From assembly GCA_046583315.1 (NCBI GenBank), contig JAYGCN010000085.1, positions 1 through 50,176 of the forward strand: 50,176 nucleotides of DNA, given 5' to 3'. Shown one piece after another: positions 1 through 10,227 of the stretch (within the stretch, counting starts at the first letter, position 1; the number at the start of each line of letters is the position of its first letter). The stretch is from Candidatus Hydrogenedentota bacterium. Its GTDB lineage: Bacteria > Hydrogenedentota > Hydrogenedentia > Hydrogenedentales > GCA-2746185. The notes below the pieces were generated by a model. It saw only the letters and a list, made by a program, of their open reading frames with translations. It was not told the origin of the DNA and ran no database searches. Both the position numbers and the translations under genes were made by a program.

Positions 1-999
<999 letters not shown>

Positions 1000-1025
1000 T
1001 CCTACCCCTAATCTTCCGCAAAAAT

Positions 1026-1054
1026 GAAACTTTTTCATGGTTTATGGTGTCTAA
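1026..1054 (+). promoter_or_regulatory. Putative ECF (sigmaE/AlgU-type) promoter
   Basis: GAAACTT-N16-GTCTAA about 45 nt upstream of the TolC ATG; close to the GAACTT-N16/17-TCTRA consensus. Confidence 0.5.
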
Positions 1055-1099
1055 TATGGCATACTCTATGCCTTGACACTATCAGAAAAAGGACTCATC

Positions 1100-2710
1100 A
1101 TGCGTATCACAGGACTTCTACTTGGCCTCGCCTTATTGACTTTGCATCCGCTCCAGAACGCCCATGCACAAGACGAGCCCGATCCAGACTCCATCAATAT
1201 CTTCGACTCCATCAACATCGAATTGATCGATCTGCAGGCACTTGGCGACCGTGTTCGCGAGCACCTCGTGGGTGAGGAGGTGCAACTCAGCCTCGATGAT
1301 TGCATCGCCATGGCACTGGCCAACAACTCCGACATCCAGATCATTGAATACGAGCGCCTGCTCGCCGACTCAGACTATCAATCGGCCCGAGGCGATTTCG
1401 ATCCACTCCTTTCCGGCTCAGTGACGCATATCGACAACAGCTCACCGGCAAGCCCCCTGGAAGCACAATTCGGCGGATTCAGCGGAAACGTGGACAATGA
1501 AGGCACGGACTATCAACTTCAAATCGGCGGGAAATTTCTACGCTGGGGAACCCAATACAACGTCGCCTACAATCTTGGTGTTCAAACAGGTACATTCACC
1601 ACCAATCCCCTCACCGGCGAGGCACTCGACGTATACACAGGCGGCATCACCACCACCATCACCCAACCCATCTTGCGCGGCCGCGGCACCAAGCTCAATC
1701 GCATCCGCATCACATCGGCAGAAAACGGACGCCACATCTCCGAAGCCCAAATAGAAACCACCGTAATCAACACCATCGGCGAGACCATCAAATCCTATTG
1801 GAATCTCGTCGGGGCCATTAATAACCTCGCCGTGCGCCAGCAATCGCTCGACAACGCGGTACGGCTTGTCGAAATCAACGAGCAGCGCCTCCGCATCGGT
1901 ACCGCCGCAGCCATCGAAGTGCTGCAAGCCAAAGCCGGTGCCGCCACCCGACAAAGCGAACTCATCACCGCACGAACCACCATCCTCGATGCCGAAGACA
2001 TTCTCAAAAACTTCATCCACCTGACCGATGATGCGGTCTTCTCATCCAAATCGATTACACCTACAACCAGTCCAGGAAAAGTTGGATTCGATTGGGACCT
2101 CAAAAAAAGCATGACCACGGCCCTCAAAAACCGCCCCGAACTGACCAGTGCTCAACTTCAAATTGAAAATGCCAAACTGGAATCCCAGCGCACGGGAAAT
2201 GACCTCCTCCCTCAACTGGACGGCAGCGTGAGCTACGGTCAAAATGCACGGGAACTGCACCACGGAGACGTCTACGACGGCATCCGCGACAAGGATGGAC
2301 GCAGTTGGAACCTGGGCATCACCGGGTCCATTCCGATCCTCAATCGCACCGCCAAGGGTGCCCGCAACCGCGCCAGACAATTCGAACAACAACAAGAACG
2401 AAGTCTCGCCAAAACGCGCCAGGATATTATGCTGGAAATTCGCACGGCCATTCGTGGCATCGTCAGCTCCGAAACCCTCGTCGAAACCAATCGCCAGGCA
2501 CGCATCCTGCAAGAGGCCAACGTTGCCGCAGAAGAACGTCGTCTCACACTCGGTGTCACAACTTCCCAGGATGTACTGGACCGTCAAGAAGATCTCACAG
2601 AGGCCCAGACCGAAGAGTTACGATCCGTCGTTGACTACGAAAAATCCCTCGTGCAACTCCAGATGGCCGAAGGTGTCCTGCTCGATAATCTGAACATCGA
2701 ATTGGAGTAA
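1100..2710 (+). CDS. TolC-family outer membrane efflux protein
   Basis: ATG 1100 follows an AAGGA SD; signal peptide ending AHA-Q; LSLDDCIAMALANN, ITQPILRG, YWNLV, RPEL and LLPQLD OEP-repeat features. Confidence 0.9.
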   Translation: MRITGLLLGLALLTLHPLQNAHAQDEPDPDSINIFDSINIELIDLQALGDRVREHLVGEEVQLSLDDCIAMALANNSDIQIIEYERLLADSDYQSARGDFDPLLSGSVTHIDNSSPASPLEAQFGGFSGNVDNEGTDYQLQIGGKFLRWGTQYNVAYNLGVQTGTFTTNPLTGEALDVYTGGITTTITQPILRGRGTKLNRIRITSAENGRHISEAQIETTVINTIGETIKSYWNLVGAINNLAVRQQSLDNAVRLVEINEQRLRIGTAAAIEVLQAKAGAATRQSELITARTTILDAEDILKNFIHLTDDAVFSSKSITPTTSPGKVGFDWDLKKSMTTALKNRPELTSAQLQIENAKLESQRTGNDLLPQLDGSVSYGQNARELHHGDVYDGIRDKDGRSWNLGITGSIPILNRTAKGARNRARQFEQQQERSLAKTRQDIMLEIRTAIRGIVSSETLVETNRQARILQEANVAAEERRLTLGVTTSQDVLDRQEDLTEAQTEELRSVVDYEKSLVQLQMAEGVLLDNLNIELE

Positions 2711-2779
2711 GATTCGACCCCAAAGCACCCTCCGGCACGCCTGACACCGAATTCCTCTGCCGCGAATATACCCCCATAG

Positions 2780-2808
2780 TTGCCCTGAGCAACGCAATGC
2801 CGTATCAT
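2780..2808 (+). promoter_or_regulatory. Putative sigma70 promoter of the arsS operon
   Basis: TTGCCC-N17-TATCAT ending 32 nt before the GTG start. Confidence 0.5.
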
Positions 2809-2840
2809 GAACCCATTCGCAACGCAAAAGGTATTTCACT

Positions 2841-3830
2841 GTGAATTCCACCGGTACACAGGCAACATACCCGCTCACGACGAGCTTCGACACCCGGGTG
2901 TCAACCGATGAGGCTCAGGGCCTATACGCCGCGCAGGCCATTACCACCATTCAGGTCAACATAGGCCTCACCTGCAACCTCACCTGCACCCATTGCCACG
3001 TCAATTCCTCGCCAAAACGCAAAGAACAAATGGAATGGGCCACCATGGAATCCATTTTACGCGTCGCAGAGAAATCCGGTGCCAAAACCATCGACATCAC
3101 CGGCGGTGCACCCGAAATGAACCCCCACTTCAAGAAATTTATTCGCGCTATCCATGCACTCGACCTCGCAACAATCGTACGCACCAATCTCACCATCCTG
3201 CTCGAACCTGGATACGAGGACCTCATCGACTTCTACAAAGAACTGCAGGTTCATCTCGTCGCGTCACTACCCTGCTACCTCGAAGAAAACGTCGACCGGC
3301 AACGCGGCGAAGGCGTCTACCACGACAGCATCGAAGTCATCCAAAAACTCAATGCGATAGGTTACGGCATCGAACAAAACTTACCCCTCAACCTCGTATT
3401 CAATCCCGGCGGCCCCGTACTCCCTCCCAATCAGACCTCACTCGAAGAAGACTACCACCGCGAACTCCGCCAACACTTCGGCATCGAATTCACCCACCTC
3501 CACACCATCACCAACGTACCCATCGGCCGCTTCAAAACCGATCTGAGGCATGAAAAACAGCTCGACAACTATATGGACACCCTGCGCGAAGCCTTCAATC
3601 CCGACACCGTCGCTCCACTCATGTGTCGCCGCCAGATTTCCGTCGGCTGGGACGGCACCGTATACGATTGCGACTTCAATCTCGCGCTGCGCATGTCCCT
3701 CGACGCCAAGCAACAAAACATCAACACCCTCGCCGCCGAGGCACTGCCCAATCGTCGCATCCTGACCGGCGATCACTGTTACGCCTGCACCGCCGGCTGC
3801 GGATCATCCTGCGGCGGGGCCTTGGTATAA
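2841..3830 (+). CDS. arsS: Radical SAM/Cys-rich domain protein (ArsS / TIGR04167 family, DUF3641 C-terminus)
   Basis: CNLTCTHC radical SAM motif, DITGGAPEMNP, LMCRRQISVGWDG.YDCDFN and C-terminal HCYACTAGCGSSCGGAL; typical neighbours present. Confidence 0.9.
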   Translation: MNSTGTQATYPLTTSFDTRVSTDEAQGLYAAQAITTIQVNIGLTCNLTCTHCHVNSSPKRKEQMEWATMESILRVAEKSGAKTIDITGGAPEMNPHFKKFIRAIHALDLATIVRTNLTILLEPGYEDLIDFYKELQVHLVASLPCYLEENVDRQRGEGVYHDSIEVIQKLNAIGYGIEQNLPLNLVFNPGGPVLPPNQTSLEEDYHRELRQHFGIEFTHLHTITNVPIGRFKTDLRHEKQLDNYMDTLREAFNPDTVAPLMCRRQISVGWDGTVYDCDFNLALRMSLDAKQQNINTLAAEALPNRRILTGDHCYACTAGCGSSCGGALV

Positions 3831-3846
3831 TCACCGGGGAGGTGGC

Positions 3847-4725
3847 ATGAATACGACTAAAACATTGCGCTTTGTATGGGGCCTGGTGCTCACCTTGGGA
3901 ATCGCGGCCTGTTCATCCGAAGATTCAACCCCCGATACGAGTCTCGATTCCAATACGATGAGTAAAACGATCAGCTACGACGACTATTCGACCCTTCTAA
4001 AGAACTACGTGGACGATCAAGGCCGCGTTGACTATAAAGGATTGCAAGCCGACCGCGCAGCACTCGACGCCTTCGTCGCGTCGCTCGGCGCAGTCGATCC
4101 CGACTCCTACGACGGCTGGTCTACCGAAACGAAAATGGCCCTCTGGATAAACGCCTACAACGCCATCACCCTCAAAGCCATCATCGACCACTACCCCATC
4201 GAAAAAGGCGGGCTCATCAACAGCATTCGATACCCCAAGAACAGCATCCGGCAAATCGACGGCGTATGGAAAAAACACACCACCCGCGTTGCAGGACGCA
4301 CCGTCACCCTCGACGCCATCGAACACGACATTCTTCGCAAAGAATTCGAGGACCCGCGCATCCACGTCGCCATCGTATGCGCCTCCGTGAGTTGTCCGCC
4401 ATTGCTCGACGAAGCCTTTGTGGCCGAACGTCTCAACGCCCAGCTCGACGATCAATCCGTCCAGTTCTTTGCCGGGAAAAAATGGTTCCGCATCGACAGC
4501 GACAAGAACAAAGTCTATCTTTCCGCGATTCTCGACTGGTTCGACGAAGATTTCGTCGGACACTACAACGCGGGCAACACAATTTCCGACCACGGCAAGA
4601 AGAAAGGCGCCATTCTCGATTTCGCCCGCACCTACGCACACGACCATCAAGCCGAATACCTGACCACGGCAACCTACAAAGTCAGTTTCCTCGACTACGA
4701 CTGGTCGCTCAACGAACAACCCTGA
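3847..4725 (+). CDS. DUF547 domain lipoprotein
   Basis: Lipobox LGIAAC; WINAYNA, TLDAIEH.ILR, DPRIHVAIVCASVSCPPL and C-terminal YDWSLNE. Confidence 0.9.
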   Translation: MNTTKTLRFVWGLVLTLGIAACSSEDSTPDTSLDSNTMSKTISYDDYSTLLKNYVDDQGRVDYKGLQADRAALDAFVASLGAVDPDSYDGWSTETKMALWINAYNAITLKAIIDHYPIEKGGLINSIRYPKNSIRQIDGVWKKHTTRVAGRTVTLDAIEHDILRKEFEDPRIHVAIVCASVSCPPLLDEAFVAERLNAQLDDQSVQFFAGKKWFRIDSDKNKVYLSAILDWFDEDFVGHYNAGNTISDHGKKKGAILDFARTYAHDHQAEYLTTATYKVSFLDYDWSLNEQP

Positions 4726-6170
4726 TGCCCTGGCTACCTGCACCCACTCCCCGACTCCGCGAATGCCTTCCACCCGGCATAGTCTTGCTCTTACTCTTCG
4801 CAGCCATCACCTGGCTCTCCCCCCAATTCGAATACGGCTCCGACATGCTCAGCCGCCCCATTATCCCCTTCATCACCCTGATGCTCCTCGCAGGCATCGT
4901 CTACCTCTACGCCGTATGGCGCATGCACCGCGTCACCAACTCCCCCCGATTCATCATTGCGCTCATCGCGGTCGGCCTCGGCATGCGCGCCCTTTTCTTC
5001 TTCTCCCAACCCATCCTCGAAGACGACTTCTACCGATACCTCTGGGAAGGCGGCATGGTCGCCAACGGACACTCGCCCTACGCCCACCCCCCGAACGACG
5101 CACGTTTTTTTGACGCGGACAGTGGCGCAACTCCCGAGCTCATCGCGCTCGGTGACCAAGCCGGAATCACGCTCGACCGCGTAAACCACGGCTCACTCAC
5201 CACCGTCTATCCTCCGACCACCCAGGCCGCATTCGCCATCGCGCACTTCATCAAACCCTGGAGTCTCAACGCATGGCGATCTATCCTCCTCCTATTCGAC
5301 CTCGGCGTGTGCGTACTCATCCTGCTCATTCTGCGCAAAGTAGAGCGCCCCTACTCTCAACTCATTATCTACTGGTGGAACCCGATTCTCATCAAAGAAT
5401 CCTTCAATTCCGCGCACATGGATCTCATTATCGTATTCTTCGTCATGCTCGCCATACTCGCCATCGTCTATCAACGAATCAACCTCACCGGAATCGCGCT
5501 CGCACTCGCCACCGCTGCAAAACTATGGCCCCTCTACCTGATTCCCCTGTTCCTGCGCTTCAGCCGCGCACTCTCCCCGGATAGACGCCGCGCACTCACC
5601 ATCGCCGGCATACTCCTGCTCATCCTGATGATTCCCATCTTCATCTCATCTCCACTCAGCGACGACTCCGGATTCACCGCCTACTCGGAGCGCTGGGAAA
5701 TGAACGACGCGCTGTTCATGGGCATCAATAAAGTGGTGCACCTGAGCTTTGCCAGCTTTCAGCTCGAGAAAAACCAACTCGCTATGCTCGCGCGATTGCT
5801 CACTCTCATCCTGCTTCTGATCTGGATAGCCGTCCTCATGCGGCGCGACAACGAACACGTCGATGCCTTCATGAACCACCTCGTGCTCGCCGTTGGACTC
5901 CTCTTTATGCTCAGCCCCACACAATTCCCCTGGTACTACATCTGGCTCCTGCCGCTACTCGCGCTCAGCCCGCGACTCTCCTACCTTACCTTGTCCCTGA
6001 CCCTGCCCCTCTACTACCTGCGTTTCTATTACGCCGCCCTCGACCAAACGTTATTCTTCGACAACACCATCGTCTGGATCGAATACGCCCCCGTCATCGC
6101 CCTGCTCATCTACGAACACATTCGCTTCAAACTCGGACCCGCCGAATACGCAGGCATCATCAATGCGTAA
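4725..6170 (+). CDS. Polytopic membrane GT-C glycosyltransferase (GT87/DUF2029-like)
   Basis: ATG overlaps the upstream stop (TGATG); EDDFYRYLWEG, TVYPP, WWNP, AHMD, KLWP and PTQFPWY; many TM segments. Confidence 0.85.
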   Translation: MPWLPAPTPRLRECLPPGIVLLLLFAAITWLSPQFEYGSDMLSRPIIPFITLMLLAGIVYLYAVWRMHRVTNSPRFIIALIAVGLGMRALFFFSQPILEDDFYRYLWEGGMVANGHSPYAHPPNDARFFDADSGATPELIALGDQAGITLDRVNHGSLTTVYPPTTQAAFAIAHFIKPWSLNAWRSILLLFDLGVCVLILLILRKVERPYSQLIIYWWNPILIKESFNSAHMDLIIVFFVMLAILAIVYQRINLTGIALALATAAKLWPLYLIPLFLRFSRALSPDRRRALTIAGILLLILMIPIFISSPLSDDSGFTAYSERWEMNDALFMGINKVVHLSFASFQLEKNQLAMLARLLTLILLLIWIAVLMRRDNEHVDAFMNHLVLAVGLLFMLSPTQFPWYYIWLLPLLALSPRLSYLTLSLTLPLYYLRFYYAALDQTLFFDNTIVWIEYAPVIALLIYEHIRFKLGPAEYAGIINA

Positions 6171-8214
6171 CAACGCCCGCGTATCCGTCATCATCCCCGC
6201 CATCAACGAAGCCCAATCCATCGCCCACGTGCTCGACGACATTCCCGACTGGGTCGACGAGGTCATCGTCGCCGACAACGGGTCCACCGATGATACCGTT
6301 TCCATCGCTGAGTCCCACGGCGCGCGTGTCGTGCACGAAAACCAACACGGATACGGCGCCGCCTGTCTTCGCGGGATACACTCTCTGTCACAAACCGATA
6401 TTGTCGTATTTCTCGACGGCGACTACAGCGATCATCCCGAACAAATGGATACGCTTGTCGACCCCATCATCAACAACACCCTCGACATCGTCATCGGCTC
6501 ACGCGCCCTTGGAAAACGCGAACGCGGCGCCTTGACCCCGCAAGCACGCTTCGGAAATATTCTCGCCTGCTTCTTGATGCGCCTGTTCTGGGGCGTACGC
6601 TACACCGACCTCGGCCCCTTTCGCGCCATTCGCTATTCCAGCTTGCAAAACCTCGGCATGGCCGACACCAACTACGGCTGGACCGTCGAAATGCAAATCA
6701 AAGCCACCCTGCAACAATTACGCAGCGGAGAAGTTCCCGTCGACTACCGGAAACGCATCGGTCGCTCCAAAGTTTCCGGTACCGTGCGCGGCGTAATCGG
6801 CGCTGGTTACAAAATTCTCTCTACTCTCTTCATTTCTGCCATCAAATACCACCTATTCCAGAAAAAGCGACTCGCAACCCGAAAACGCCTCATCATTTTC
6901 ACGCGCTATCCCGAGCCCGGCAAAACGAAAACTCGACTCATCCCAACACTGGGTGCTCTAGGAGCAGCAGACCTGCAGCGTGCCATGACCGAACACGCAC
7001 TCGCCACGGCACAATCGCTAGTCGACATCGATATCGAAATCAACTATACCGGAGCCGACGAAGCCGAAATGAAAGAGTGGCTCGGTAAATCGCTACACTA
7101 TAGAGAGCAGCATGGCGACGACCTCGGTGATCGCATGCGTTACGCCTTTAGTGCGACCTTCAACGACAGCATCGATGCCGCGATCATTATCGGTATCGAC
7201 TGTCCCGCCATCACCCCCACCCTGCTCAACACCGCCTTCGATGCCCTCCATACCCACGCGCTCACCCTGGGCCCCGCGACCGATGGCGGATACTATCTCA
7301 TCGGTCTCCAGCGCGACGCGCTTTCCCCATTGAAAGAATTCCTCTTCAAGAACATCCCCTGGGGCACCGAAGAAGTCTACCCCACAACTGTCTCGCGCCT
7401 GGACGATCAAAATGCCTCCTGGAAACGACTCGTCTATCTCAACGACATCGACGAAGCCGAAGACCTGCCCGAATGGCATCGCCACCAACCCGACGCGACC
7501 ATCCCATCACTCTCTGTCGTCATACCCGTTCTAAACGAAGCAAACACCATTGAATCAACCCTCGAAAGATTAGGTAGCAACCCCGATATACAAATCATCC
7601 TCGCCGATGGGGGCAGCACCGATGCCACGCGATCCATCGCAGAATCCCGCGGCGCACTCGTCATTACTACCCCACGCGGTCGCGCCATCCAGATGAACAT
7701 CGGAGCCGCCCATGCCGCAGCAGACACTGTGTTCTTTCTGCATGGCGACACAATTCCGCCGGACACCTATCAACAGGAAATCAAGGCTACCCTGTCTCGC
7801 CTCAACGCCGCCGCCGGCGCCTTTCACTTCAACACGTCCGACGAATCGCTGCCCATGCGCATCATCAGGCACTTTACCAATCTGCGCGCACGACTCCTTC
7901 AACTCCCCTACGGCGATCAGGGCCTCTTCTTGAGCAAAACCACCTTCCACGCCGTCTCCGGATACGAGGATTTACCCATCATGGAAGATTTCGTCATCGT
8001 CCGAACACTCAAGAAACACGGACAGATTCGGCTCGCCCCTTCCAAAACCACCACCTGCGCACGACGCTGGCAACGGCAAGGCCCCTGGCGCACAACCCTC
8101 TACAATCTACTCACCATTTTCGCCTGGCACATCGGTATTTCCCCCCACTGGCTCGCCGAACGCTATCGTCGAAGTAGCCATACCAGCCCAACTGGCTCGA
8201 ATCCTCCCGATTAA
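6163..8214 (+). CDS. Triple fusion: GT2 (polyprenol-phosphate glycosyltransferase-like) + DUF2064/TIGR04282-like + TIGR04283-like GT2
   Basis: Domain 1: VIIPAINE, DNGSTD, FLDGDYSD, YTDLGPFRAI, YGWTVEMQ. Domain 2: IFTRYPEPGKTKTRL, GDDLGDRM, GIDCP, LGPATDGGYYLIG, DIDEAEDL. Domain 3: VVIPVLNEA, DGGSTD, GRAIQMN.GA, LPYGDQGLF, PIMED, ARRW. Confidence 0.9.
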   Translation: MRNNARVSVIIPAINEAQSIAHVLDDIPDWVDEVIVADNGSTDDTVSIAESHGARVVHENQHGYGAACLRGIHSLSQTDIVVFLDGDYSDHPEQMDTLVDPIINNTLDIVIGSRALGKRERGALTPQARFGNILACFLMRLFWGVRYTDLGPFRAIRYSSLQNLGMADTNYGWTVEMQIKATLQQLRSGEVPVDYRKRIGRSKVSGTVRGVIGAGYKILSTLFISAIKYHLFQKKRLATRKRLIIFTRYPEPGKTKTRLIPTLGALGAADLQRAMTEHALATAQSLVDIDIEINYTGADEAEMKEWLGKSLHYREQHGDDLGDRMRYAFSATFNDSIDAAIIIGIDCPAITPTLLNTAFDALHTHALTLGPATDGGYYLIGLQRDALSPLKEFLFKNIPWGTEEVYPTTVSRLDDQNASWKRLVYLNDIDEAEDLPEWHRHQPDATIPSLSVVIPVLNEANTIESTLERLGSNPDIQIILADGGSTDATRSIAESRGALVITTPRGRAIQMNIGAAHAAADTVFFLHGDTIPPDTYQQEIKATLSRLNAAAGAFHFNTSDESLPMRIIRHFTNLRARLLQLPYGDQGLFLSKTTFHAVSGYEDLPIMEDFVIVRTLKKHGQIRLAPSKTTTCARRWQRQGPWRTTLYNLLTIFAWHIGISPHWLAERYRRSSHTSPTGSNPPD

Positions 8215-8263
8215 GGTATACTGACGTTCCTATTCAGTCGCGACACAATCTATATTCACCTTT

Positions 8264-9304
8264 ATGCGCCCTATTTTTCTCTCCATACTCCTGCTCACGA
8301 TTCCGTCGCTGACCGCGTCTCCGGCAAACGCCGACACCCCGGACGTGAAGAATACCCTCGTGCCCAATATGGTCGATATCGCAGAGACGACATTTCAAAT
8401 GGGGCGCGCGCTTAGCCAAAAAGGCGAGTCCGACGAATTGCCCCGGCACCCCGTCACACTGAGCCCCTATCAAATCGGAAAATACGAAATTACCAACAGT
8501 CAATACGTCGCAGTACTCAACTGGGCCCTGGAAAAAGGTTACCTAAGTAACACACTGTTCAAACCCTTTACCCAAGCCACCAGCGATGCCGGACCCAGCC
8601 CGCACTACCGCGGACGCTTACTCATCGTGGTTTCCAAATCCTCTGACATCATCTTCGAACACGGCACCTTCAAGACCGTCATGCGCGACGGCATGTACAT
8701 GGACGACCATCCCGTGGTCGATGTTACCTGGTACGGAGCCATCGCCTACGCCAACTGGCTCAGCGAAATTCAGGGGCTCACCCCGTGCTACAGCCTGACC
8801 ACCTTCACCCCCATCGATCCCAGACCCAATGGATACCGTCTGCCCACCGAAGCCGAATGGGAACGTGCCGCGGGTTGGAACAACGCAGGCGAAGAAGTGA
8901 CCTGGCACTATGCCATCTCCAGCGACGCCATGACCGAGCATCACGGGAACTTTCAACTCAATAACCCGCTCGAAAAATCCGGTCTTGACTCCTACCCCTA
9001 CACCTCTCCCATCGGATACTTCGACGGCAGCTCCCCCGAACGAAAACGCGCCATCAGCCCCGCAGGCTGTTTCGACATGAGCGGCAACGTGCAGGAATGG
9101 TGTGAAGACTGGTTCGGCGCCTACAAAGCAGAAACACAATTCGATCCCACCGGTTTTCCCAAGAGTCCCTTCAAAGTCGTACGCGGCGGCGCGTGGAACA
9201 GCATGAAAAACAGTTGCCGCACCACCAACCGTGGCTGGACCGAACCCTACAATCATTACCGTTCATTCGGATTCCGCATCGCACGATCCCTGCCCAAAGA
9301 ATAA
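8264..9304 (+). CDS. Secreted FGE-sulfatase (SUMF1) domain protein
   Basis: Signal peptide; FQMG, KYEITN.QY, HPVVDVTW, YRLPTEAEWE, DMSGNVQEW, RGGAW and GFR. Confidence 0.9.
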   Translation: MRPIFLSILLLTIPSLTASPANADTPDVKNTLVPNMVDIAETTFQMGRALSQKGESDELPRHPVTLSPYQIGKYEITNSQYVAVLNWALEKGYLSNTLFKPFTQATSDAGPSPHYRGRLLIVVSKSSDIIFEHGTFKTVMRDGMYMDDHPVVDVTWYGAIAYANWLSEIQGLTPCYSLTTFTPIDPRPNGYRLPTEAEWERAAGWNNAGEEVTWHYAISSDAMTEHHGNFQLNNPLEKSGLDSYPYTSPIGYFDGSSPERKRAISPAGCFDMSGNVQEWCEDWFGAYKAETQFDPTGFPKSPFKVVRGGAWNSMKNSCRTTNRGWTEPYNHYRSFGFRIARSLPKE

Positions 9305-9360
9305 TCCCCGCACACCAACCGATGCACGGGACAGTAATTTTTAGCCAAAATATGGTCGGA

Positions 9361-10218
9361 TTAGGCCGCTTCTTCCTCGTTAACCTCTGCCCCTTCATCA
9401 TCAACCTCAGGTTCTTGATACCCTTCAACTGCGGCTTCCTCTGCCGCCTCCGCTGCTTCATCCTTGTTGAGAATGGCCTTGTTTATATAATCCAGATTCG
9501 GATACGCGCTCTCCAAATATGCGTTGCCCTTGCGTCGAATAGCACCCTGATCCGGATTCTGACCGTCTTTGGAATATACGGCTTCGAGGACATCCATCCC
9601 TTCAATCACCTTGCCAAACGGAGCAAAACCCATCCCGTCATACTGCGTGTTATCGCGAAAATTGATGAATACCTGCGAGGTACGCGAATCAGGACCCGAG
9701 GTCGCAAATGAAATCGTGCCGCGCGTGTTGCTTCCTTTAACAGGATCATCCTTAATCATACGTTTGTGCCAAATCGCGGACTTTTCCGGATCGCCCGATA
9801 TGCCGAATTGAACTAAAGCACCAGAGATCACCCGAAAAAAGCGCGCGCCGTCATACACGCCATCCTTGACAGCCTTCTTAAACTGAGCGGCCCCCAAAGG
9901 CGCCAACTCGGACTCCACCTCAATCACAAAATCGCCGTTCGAACACTCAAAACGAACCGTGTAGTCACCCGCGTTCGCCTCCCTTTCCGCCTTTCTCTCT
10001 TCGGCCTGCTTCATCGCGATCTCCAACATATCACCCGTAATCAAATTCCCATCCGAGCCATCGTCTTCCAACGCCGCAATTTCCTCAAGCTCCCGCTGCG
10101 CCTCAAGCTGGGCCTCATACTGTTCCTGCGTCTTGCGATTGGGTTCGAATTGATTAATACCGACGATACCCGCCAACACCGCTATCACCACCACCGCCGT
10201 TACAAATTTTCCCTTCAT
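9361..10218 (-). CDS. Cyclophilin-type peptidyl-prolyl isomerase with N-terminal membrane anchor and acidic tail
   Basis: APLG..F, YDGARFFRVI, VQFG, SNTRGTISFA, SRTSQVFIN and FAPFGKVIEGMDV. Confidence 0.9.
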   Translation of the reverse strand: MKGKFVTAVVVIAVLAGIVGINQFEPNRKTQEQYEAQLEAQRELEEIAALEDDGSDGNLITGDMLEIAMKQAEERKAEREANAGDYTVRFECSNGDFVIEVESELAPLGAAQFKKAVKDGVYDGARFFRVISGALVQFGISGDPEKSAIWHKRMIKDDPVKGSNTRGTISFATSGPDSRTSQVFINFRDNTQYDGMGFAPFGKVIEGMDVLEAVYSKDGQNPDQGAIRRKGNAYLESAYPNLDYINKAILNKDEAAEAAEEAAVEGYQEPEVDDEGAEVNEEEAA

Positions 10219-10227
10219 CCTGCTCTC

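Noticed and set aside
3790..3830. Selenocysteine in the ArsS C-terminal GSSxGG motif
   Set aside because: The codon is TGC (Cys) and the ORF ends at TAA; there is no in-frame TGA.
4266..4724. N-terminal extensions in the ORF track (GT-C from 4266, rarA from 13519, ThuA-like from 14738, transglutaminase from 47667)
   Set aside because: They overlap upstream genes or repeats; internal ATGs with SD sites, overlaps or signal peptides are better starts.
8264..9304. Active formylglycine-generating enzyme or member of the arsS pathway
   Set aside because: It lacks the catalytic Cys pair after RGG (RGGAWNSMKNSCR), and adjacency alone does not link it to arsS.
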